Positions 54,546 through 64,000 of a stretch of 64,000 nt of DNA are shown here, piece by piece (the first letter of the stretch is position 1; every line of letters starts with the position of its first letter). The notes below the pieces were generated by a model, which was given only the letters and a program-made list of their open reading frames with translations, had not been told where the DNA came from and made no database searches. Source of the stretch: Callorhinchus milii (lineage: Eukaryota). The stretch is taken from assembly GCF_018977255.1 (NCBI RefSeq), contig NW_024704756.1, positions 13,826,001 through 13,890,000 of the forward strand. The letters run 5' to 3'. The position numbers and the translations under genes were made by a program.

Positions 54546-57489
54546 CGCAACAACTGTAGTAATTATAATAATTATAATTGTACTACTACTAATAATAATC
54601 GTCGCATTTCGATACAGCGCCTCATCATTTGATTCGAGACGCCTCAAAGCGCTTCACAGGATATACCCTCAAGTGTAGTGACTGTGTATTTTGAGGGCGA
54701 AAACGCAGCAGCCAATTGCGCACAGCGGCCTCCCGCCATCAGTCGTGGATTGAGTGGCCAAATAATTTTTTTTTGGAAGGGGGGGAGAGGGATTATTGTG
54801 CCCGGAAAGCGCTCCCTCCGCCAATCGACTGACAAGCGATTATATAAATATGTAATTATATAAATATATAAACTGGCATTTATATAGCGCCCCTCATGCA
54901 GAGCTTAGTTTAGTTGGTTAATTACTTAGTTGGTTAGTAAGTAGAGGCTTGGCTAGATCACCTTCAAGACTTTTAACTCTTTCCTCTTGGGAGATTTGTT
55001 TACAGCAACATGTTTAAGAGGAAACTTGATGCGTAGATGAGGGAGAAGGAATGAGAGGGGTGCGGGAGAGGGGATCGGGATGTGAAGTATAAACTCAAGC
55101 GCATACTATCTTGTGCTGTAACCTATATAATTTTTGGCCCCATTTTTCACTCAAATTTCCAAGTTGTTTTTTAGTTAGCAATATTGCAGTCAATGCACTT
55201 AGCTAGACTTAGAAATTATAGTACACAGAGATCATTACATTTATGCTTACTGATATATATATATGTCATAGAAAAGGCCCTGCTATGTGGGAGACAAAGC
55301 TTGTTTTAAGCATCTATATATCTTTGGTATGTAGGAGGATTTGGATCCAGCTTTCTGTCTAATAGAGTATCCATGACTTGCCCAAATCATCCTGTGTACA
55401 CACTGACTCTGCATTTCTCATCTCAGAACTACAGCTAAATGTCAGTAGGAGTAAAGTCATTTATTTCTGCAGAAATGCAACAACAATTGGAAAAGCGTCT
55501 TCTCCATTGTAATAAATCTATCAAGAAAAGAACACTGCCAAATCACAGGAAGATGGCAAATGTATATGTAACATTTAAAGATTGAAAACATATTTCCTAT
55601 AGGAGTCAAAATTCTTTGGAAGAGTATACACACAATTTTAAACTCTCCTGACATTATAGACTCTATATCTCTGCAGACTCCCAGTTGGTTGAACAGCGTA
55701 GATTACAATCACAGTTTTAGTTTATCAGAGGCTTCTAATTAGTGTTCACTCGTGAGTTTCCATAGACGGTTTGTTTTCTCATTAAACGAGAATTCAGATT
55801 CTTTTTAAAAATGCTCTTATTAGATTTACGTTCTTATTAGATTTCTGCTGGAAAATAATATCTTGCGATACAATATATGATTTGGGACATGACATGTCAA
55901 GCGACTGCCAGGATGGTGGAAGGCGAACTGGATGGACCTTGTTCTTCTTTTGCCTAGCAAATTCTCATGTTCTTAAAAAATGGCTTTACATACCTAATAG
56001 TAATTTTCCCTAATGGGATCAAAAATGTTCTGCAGTGTATTACATTTTTGAATTCAGCTTTAGTTCCAGTTTGCAGTACCTTCGTGTTAAAGTAGTCAGA
56101 GTTAATGCAACCTGGATACTTTTAGCTATTTTCAGTTTCTTGTCACAAATTTCAATGCAGCAGAGAATTTCTAAATTGGATGTAATTGTACACAAAATGA
56201 ACAATTGCAGCACTCTCTGTATTGGCAGTAAGTTATTGGAGACTTCTGAACAAGTCTTCATTTTGGGGGTCAGCCGAGTGTCATGACACATGCGGAAACC
56301 CTTCAGCATGCTTAAGAGTATCCAAACCAAACAGATCCGTGCATCCTTCCTACACATGGAAATTCCAGAGTTAATTGGAATGGAATGCACTCTTTCTCTA
56401 GAGGGATACATCCTGGTTACCTAATTCTGGAAAGTATTAAGCGCAGATTGCAAGAGCCAAGGCTTGGGGACCCCATAGTGTGCGTTGGGGCACTGATAGA
56501 GGCTCACCAGTTAAAAACGCAAAGCTTGCCATTGGAGAGCACGGCTTGCCAAGCTTTCCTGCTGCTTGTACAGCTAGTATCACCCGTTAGGGCTTTAGCT
56601 TGCAGGAGTTGAGTGGGAGGAGTTCCTGCCCCCAATGTCTGGCAATTCTTCATGACTGAAATCATTACAATAAATTCCTAAATGAATTCTTCTTGTTTTA
56701 ATTTTAAAAGTTGGATCCCACACTGGTATTTGGTTTCAAAAGTATGACTCTTCCAAAAATAATCTGCAATAAGAGTGTTCGGGTGGATGCTAAAAACCCC
56801 ACACAGCAATTTAATAATTCTTGCATTTGATATAGCGCTTTATCACATCATTGAGACATGTCAAAGCGTTTCACAGAATATATTGTAAAGTGGATTGACT
56901 GTATATTTTGTGGGCAAAGCTATTTGAAAAGAAAGGAGTTTCTTCCTGTGTCAGGGTTCAAATACTAATCAGTCATTCGCATCATGGCAGTTTGCATTTG
57001 TATTAGTTATTCAATCCATTTTGCCTCCTGGACGACTTAGTATTTTTTTTCCTGGTGTCGGCCTTTAATTTTTTTTTTAAAAAAATGATTTGCTGAAACG
57101 TGTGCGTAACATTGAAATCCAACCCTCACCGAGTTGTCAGAATGTTGGGGTGTGCAGTGGACGGTATCGTCTGGCAGGCAATCCCCCCGGAGGACCCTCA
57201 CCGCCAATAACAGACCTAAAACCCTTAGATTCGGGTTTTAGTTCCTTGAGCACATTTGTCAACGCTCATCAGCATAACAACTCTGCGGGAAACCTCGTGC
57301 AACGATTGCTTCGAGGCATGTTAGCTCACAAGTGTATAAACATGCTCTGCACGGATGCTGTGCGTTTAAATCCCTTTGGCCCCGCCTTTCTACCATGTAA
57401 GAGCCCCCCCAACCCCCCCCCCCCCCCCCCACTGTAAAGCTGAGACGAGGAGCAGTGGGTTTTGTCATCCAGACCTAAAGAGAGAGGAG

Positions 57490-57800
57490 AGAGAGAGAGA
57501 GCGCCCCCTGTCGTCCACCAGCGGCTCCGCCAATGAACACGGCTCTTTCTTCTTCCCTTTCTTCTGTTCGCTGTCAAGGCCCAGAGGAGGGTAAGTAACA
57601 GTCGGGAAAAACCCGTCCACACTTCAATGCTCCGCAAGTGCCCGCCGTCGCCTTTGTGCGAATGCGGATGAGTGGGTCTCCGACGCCTCCGGGACTCCTG
57701 CAACAAGAAAAAATACCGACTTGAGCGGAGAAATCAGCGCGTCGCTGCTCCCCCACTGAACCAGGAAGAGAAAAGCCCCCGTCGCCCTGTCACTGTTTTC
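57490..57800 (+). promoter_or_regulatory. CpG-rich putative promoter and short non-coding exon of a downstream plus-strand gene (ZBTB33 expected by synteny)
   Basis: CCAAT at 57530, pyrimidine tract 57543-57565, consensus donor GG|GTAAGT at 57591. No CDS recognised before the window ends. Confidence 0.4.
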
Positions 57801-60800
57801 GGTGTTGTCTTCCTCGACGTGGTTTTAATTTTTTTTTAAAAAAAAAAGAAGGTAAACGGCTATCAAATTGGGGGTTGTTTTTTTTTCTTCTTCTTCTTCT
57901 CCCTCTCCCTCTCCCAAGAGGAGTTTGCCTCACGTCTGGGGGGTGGGGAGTGGGGGGGGGGGGGTGGGGATTCGTGATGTTTGTGGGCCCCTTGGAAGTG
58001 GAGCCCCCGAGGAAACGCAGTGAAATCGGGAGAAAACGAGCAAGTTTACAGGGCAGTTTAAAAAATGCAGACGGATCCTTCCAGTTTGGATGTGTTCGGG
58101 GCCTCTCCAGGCCTTGCACTGAAGAGGCAACTCACTTCACCGTCTTGTGATCGATGTTTATGTACACAGCGCGCCATTTAGGGTGTCAATGCAATGGCAT
58201 ACACTCTTTTATTTTTCACCCCTTCAATTACTCGGTGTCCCCCCCCCCCCGTCCCCCCCCCCTCCGAAATCTGTAACGTTTTTTGACACTCATCTTTCAG
58301 AACGTGTGTTTTTTTTCTTTCTTTCTCTCTGCAAATCCAGTGAAAGGGCACAAATAAACGCCTGTGTTTTACCCACACCAGGCACTGCCAAAAGTAACCA
58401 GACACGGTTTGCAATGGTCATGCAAAATGCCCACTCGTGTGCTGCTGAATTTCCAAGTAGAGATGAGGATATTTGAAGAGCAAGAGCTGTAAAATGTGCT
58501 GTGTCGTTTTAGGCAGATTCAGTAAGTCGAAAACAAATGTTATTTTAACCTGACAGTGTTTTTCCTTGAAATGCTCGCGGCTACAATCCTGTTACGATTT
58601 GGAAAAGTTCAAGTAACGACGTAAGGGTTTTGTCCGAAAAAAAGTGTTTCAATTATCTTTGATCCGGATTTTTGCGTCCGCACAATTTTTTTTCTCGCTT
58701 TCGAGCACACCTCTGCGGTAGTTTTAAGAAAGTTATTTTCCCTTTGCTGTGTTTTCTTCATTCTTAACTATCGGAGGGGCAGAGTCGCCTGAGCTGTGGA
58801 ATGATTCACGGCTACCGTAACTGTTCTGGGCAACTCTGCCATTTTGTGCTCTCCCTAGTGGCTTGGGTAAGAATTAGTGAAACTTCGCCAACTTCAATTC
58901 CACTTAGGATTTGGGTGGACAGGGGTCATATTAATGGGTCTTTAATTTACACTATTCAGGAGGATCTCCCAAGTTTATTTGGGATCAAATACAGTAATAA
59001 ATAAGTACAGTATTAAGGATGTTGGGTTTATGACTCTCGAGGAAAGGAGATAAAGCTGCAGCAGGGATAAACTATGAAGCTGCTTTGTCCCCAAACAGTA
59101 GTACAAATGACGTGTCTGGTGTCGGAGTCTGCTCATTGCTCAGCTAATTTAAAATTTTGAATTATTGTAAGGATGTAAAGTGGAGGAGTATGAACCAGCA
59201 ATTAAAGAAGCATGGTACTTTCAGTTCATATAATGTGTGAATTAATGATGTCATTTGAATTCCCAGTACTCACAGTGAAATTGTACATCTTAGTGAGTGG
59301 AGGAAAGATAAAGTTTTAAAAGTTCCCCACGCAACAGCATGTTTTTAGTGCAATTTTTTTTCATAAATAGCAGACAAAGTACCATTATTTTTAAATTTAC
59401 AATACTCATATTTACTGCCTGAGTGAGTAAATTGACTCACTGCTCGTTATGGCCTTGAGTTATATAGAGAAGATCCTCCAGATATGAATCCTAGTCCTTT
59501 TCGTTGGGCAGTCTTAGCCAAGAAAAAAGTTGTTTGTCCTTGTGTGGAAGGATAAACTGCCAACAGTTACTGGGGTCTTATTTGTAGGTTGTGTAAACGT
59601 GTACAAAAGGAATTACAGCTTCCCTTAATCATATAATATAAGAACCAATGAATAGGATGACAGAATCTCCCATAAGCAATTATTTTCATTAACGGTTAAT
59701 TACAAAGTGAAGGTCACCTGCAATGCTCTCTATGCAGTTGTGTTTACGTATATTGAACATAACCTTCAAATTAGACACCACTCAATAGGAGGCAAATTGT
59801 GTTCATCCACTTTTATTCAGTATTTCTTCATAGTCAGAACGTTTTAAATGTTCTCCTGTGTTGGTGGTGGTCTGGCCCTCTCCTGCAGCTTACTTGACTT
59901 CCTTTGAGAATTTGGGAGGAATTTTCCAGGTCTTTCTTTTGCTGAATTGAGTTTTGTTTTTTCACTTTCCTCAAGAAGGGGAAGCATTAGACATGTCGGT
60001 ATATATTGGTGGGAGGTGGAGAGGGGGGCTTCTCCTGGGAGTGGTCTCGATGGGTCCTAATATTGAGGTTTCCTATCCATGTAACACACTTTTTTCCCTC
60101 CAACATATAGTCATAAAGTCATTTATCAAATTAGGTATGTCAAGTTATTTCTGATTGGAAACCTGGCACATAGATTTTCTTTCCTATTCTGTGCCTTACC
60201 ACCATTGTTCCTGGTGTTGAGGACAAACACAGAGCAACCCATTATAGCACAGTCATATGATTTCAGTATCAAAAAGATTGCATAATAACAAAGTTGGGAA
60301 AAAATGTCCAACTTCCAGATTATCAGGTTGCCAGTAACATAATTTCCTGTTTGCTGCATACAGAGTATGCACACTGTAAGGATACCTTTGAGAAGCAGTG
60401 ATGGCACAAATGTTCAGTATGCAGGAAATGGCATCACTGTTGCTTCCTATACATAACGTGCATTCACACAAAGTACAGGAAGTGACAACTTGTCGAACTG
60501 GACGTTTGCCATTTTTTAGGGCAGGAAACTGGCTAGTCAACAGCAGCCCAGGAGCAATGTGAACAAATGTGCTGTTCAGTGCAGAATTGGAGCAAGAAAA
60601 GTGAGGAATCCACATGCTGTTCATTTCAGGTGTAACGGTATGTTGTTTTCTGGTAGTCTCTCACCCTCTGTTATGGACAGTACATCAACATGGATATACT
60701 GGATCCTGATGTTTAATCATTCATTTAATTATTCATAACACAAAATTACAGTTTATAAAAGTAAACTCTTAATCTTTCCCCGGTGAAGCTTTCTGGCATA

Positions 60801-63800
60801 GATGTTAATCCTGCTTTTAGCTGTCTTTTTGGGCATTTGGTGAGAATTGTGAATTATGTGGACTATATTCTGACATTTTGTGATATTATTAACCAATGTT
60901 AAGGATAGACACATAGATAGGAATAAATCTGGACAGGGGTTCGAATTGAAAAACAAAGTCAGTTTGATTTGGCAGCCTCAGTTTTCACTAAACTGTTTGA
61001 ATTGTTTTATAAATTCCAAATCAGCACTGATGTAAACCAGACCAGCTTCAGTTGTATGTCCCATGTCAGTGCCAGGTGGATAATTTGCCAATGTAAACTA
61101 GCTGCAGACTTGTGATTCAGATCTTCTCCTAGACTGTCCAGTCTCATTGAAGCTTCCTCAACAACTGGTGATTGTTCACCGCCTGTGAAGAATTTAGTTT
61201 CAACAAATTATTCCAGGTGCATGCAGAGCCCCTAATACCAACAGGACAGTTCATTTGTGTGATTACTGGTTTACAGAAGTGCATCTTGAAATCAACTTCA
61301 CTATACATAGATTGAAAGAGAATGTCCTTATTGAGAGCATTAAGATTAATCTTGACGTGCATTATGAGGTACGTGCGCTATCCAGGCTCAGTACATCAAA
61401 TCTAATGGAGTTACCTCTGTTACATTGTGGGCTCTCTGGGGTAGCACCTCATCAGAGATGTTTAGTTGTTAACGTGCAGAAAAATAAGTATTAATTTTAA
61501 ACTGAAGCTGCGTCTAGAGTGGATGTTTTGCATGCAGTCCAGTGGGCCAGCAGTGTTATTACCTGAAGGGCACGGAAAGAACAGTGTGAAACTGGAGCTT
61601 CAAGCCTACTGCCAGTCAGGCTCTAGTTGCCTGGGTGCAGATCAGTGCAGCTGTGTAATCAACCCCTGGAGTGAGTTTTGTTTGCACTAGCACAAATTTG
61701 GAATCATAATTTTAATAATCCTTGCATTTGATATAGCGCCTTAGCTTCGAGACGTCTTAAAATGCTTCACAGAATATACTGTAAAGTGAATTGACTGTAT
61801 ATTTTGTGGGGAGGAAAGCATAAATTGAACTGAATATACTGCATTTTTCGATGTTGGATTTCATCCAATTCAAGGTGACATTCAACCTCTAAAAACAAAA
61901 TGTATCCTTGGCACAAATCTCCACAGACTCCTGAGAATTAAAGGGTTATTTTCAAAGATGAACTGAGTCATATGAGCTCTCCCAGTTTATGGTTTGATCG
62001 CTAGAATTTCAATATTGTGCTGGTCCTGTGTTCCGTAATTGAAGACTACAATTGAAGAGATGAAAAATGCTTTATAGTTTTTTTAAAAAAACAGATAAAA
62101 TGATCTTGATTTCTTGTGTGCTGAGGATACAATCTTAATATTAAAAAAAGGCTTCACAAATCAAGATTACATCCTCATCTATTCATGTGTACATACTGTA
62201 CAGTAACAGTGGTTGTTTAATAAATAACTATTGGTGCTGTAATTTCACCCTCCAAAACTGAAAATTACTCCAAAGAAACGCAATTGTCTGTTGTTTCCAA
62301 TTTATGTTTGAATTTTAAAATGAGAGTAGTTTATTTTTGGATTTAACATTAATTATTTTGTTCTGGTTTCAAATCTTTCTTTTGGCACACTCTTTCTAGC
62401 TTGTATGCTGTTCGTACAGTATCCTTTAGGGATTTGTGAACCAGTTTTTCAGTTAGATTTTCAAGTCTGTTCAACCCCAAATGGCCCCCATTCTGTTGAA
62501 TATGGGAGCTGGATCCAAACTATTTGCAAATGTAGTCATAGAATAGATACCTTATCCTCAGGATTTTGTTTGTTTGTAATTTGCATTATGCTAAACTTTA
62601 TTTTATTTAAAGATGTTTATAATAAACTTGTTGCTCTCAGTTTACGCCCATCCTGACCTTAGGATCGTAACTCAGGAGGAGTTGTGTTTAGGGGCATTTG
62701 ACTTTTTCACATGCAAATTGTGAACATTTCAACTTTAGCTATTTCACTCCCCACAATGATTGCATGGTTAGTTTCTGCAAACCACCAAGCAGTAACTAAC
62801 TTAGCACAGACTAGTGTTTTTCCTAGTCCATATGGCTCTCTATCACATCACTTTGTAGATTAGAGAAATACCCCACTCGAATGTTAATTCAAAAATGGAT
62901 GTTTATATCTTACTACACTTCGCTGAAAATGGTAAGAAGGTTACAAAAGTGCTGATTTTAAAGTGGAGGAGGATTGACGGTCACATTTTACTTTTCTCTC
63001 TTGAAATAAAGCTATGGAGTCTCCCATATCACCATTGGCCGAGAGTAGGAGGTTGGGAAACCGACCATTGCCACCCTAGAAATAGCCACTCTAAAGGTAA
63101 ATGAAAGGAGAAGTGTTATTCTGACTTTTTTTCTGCCCTGCCCCTCCATTCACATAGGAAACACAATGAGGTATCATTAGAGTAGACTTCTATTTATCCT
63201 TACGTATGCAATCTGAGAGGAGGATAGGTCCTTAATACATTCTAACACCTGGCTCCAGATGCTGAGCATTGGCAGCAATCTGGGTTCCTGCCCATCACTG
63301 CTACAGGCATCAGGCCAGAACTTTGAAGCAAGAGAGAGAAATAAAAAAAAGATTAATTTGCCTTCCCCCCCACTCCTCTAACTTTCCCCCATTAAAAGTC
63401 CAAAATAATTAGCAACTTGTATCCTATTTGGAGTCTGAACGACCCACATCTTGCTGGCAGAACCTCTGCACATTCTTACTTATTTTCTATCGAATGAAAT
63501 CAAATTATTAACATTCAGTTTTCAAGACTCTTGAGTCAGAACAGAAACAATGTGCTCCAGCCAAACTCCTCACCAGCCCCTGTCTACAAGCCCAAGTATC
63601 TAGGCAACGGGACGTGGAGGGATCTTTTGCAAGGATAAAAAAACAGCTGCTCCAGAACAAATCAACCTTTTACTGAAACGCCTAACTTTAATTACAATTT
63701 TTTTACGTCTGCATTGTGGGCTGATATTTTTTTTCTTTCGCCCCAACTTCCTCTCCCCCTCCCCCCACTTAGTAGAAGTGGAGGAATGACTGAACAAAGC

Positions 63801-63956
63801 TTTCTTCCATACTGTAAAAAAAATCCTATTCACTATTTATTGCATGAGCATTTTATTATTTAATCTTTGTAACATTACCACTATCCATTCTTGCTGCACG
63901 TTTGCTGCATCATTTAATTTTTTTCATAAGACTTTTTAAATAAAAATTAAATACAG

Positions 63957-64000
63957 GTGGAGTCCTGAAGCTCAATGGTTAGAGACTCATAGCTGAGTTC
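63957..64000 (+). mobile_element. Start of another Deu-domain SINE, cut by the window edge
   Basis: GTGGAGTCCTGAAGCTCAATGGTTAGAG head. Confidence 0.7.

Noticed and set aside
57543-57596. 5'TOP-like pyrimidine tract plus donor as a relocated RPL39 exon 1
   Set aside because: No ATG before the donor and no RPL39 coding exons seen downstream.

Overview
Vertebrate genomic DNA, most likely a cartilaginous fish (chimaera/shark; inferred from the tRNA-headed Deu-domain SINE family plus L2/CR1 LINEs), with three N gaps. The window is the ortholog of the human Xq24 block. In order: SEPT6 first coding exon (-), intronless SOWAHD (+), UPF3B (-, 10 coding exons, with a 16x DGREYREK coding repeat), NDUFA1 (+, head-to-head with UPF3B), AKAP14 (+) and NKAP (-). 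Between NDUFA1 and AKAP14, where I know of no human counterpart, lie three genes the ORF track only shows as fragments. Two are tandem 5-exon genes for secreted, possibly GPI-anchored, Reeler-domain-only proteins (about 42% identical, introns still alignable). The third is a 2-exon gene for a 101-aa protein I do not recognise, starting with an MGC dual-acylation motif. I could not find RPL39, RNF113A or RHOX. All exon models were built by hand from GT-AG sites and frame continuity; names rest on my recognition of protein motifs, not on database searches.
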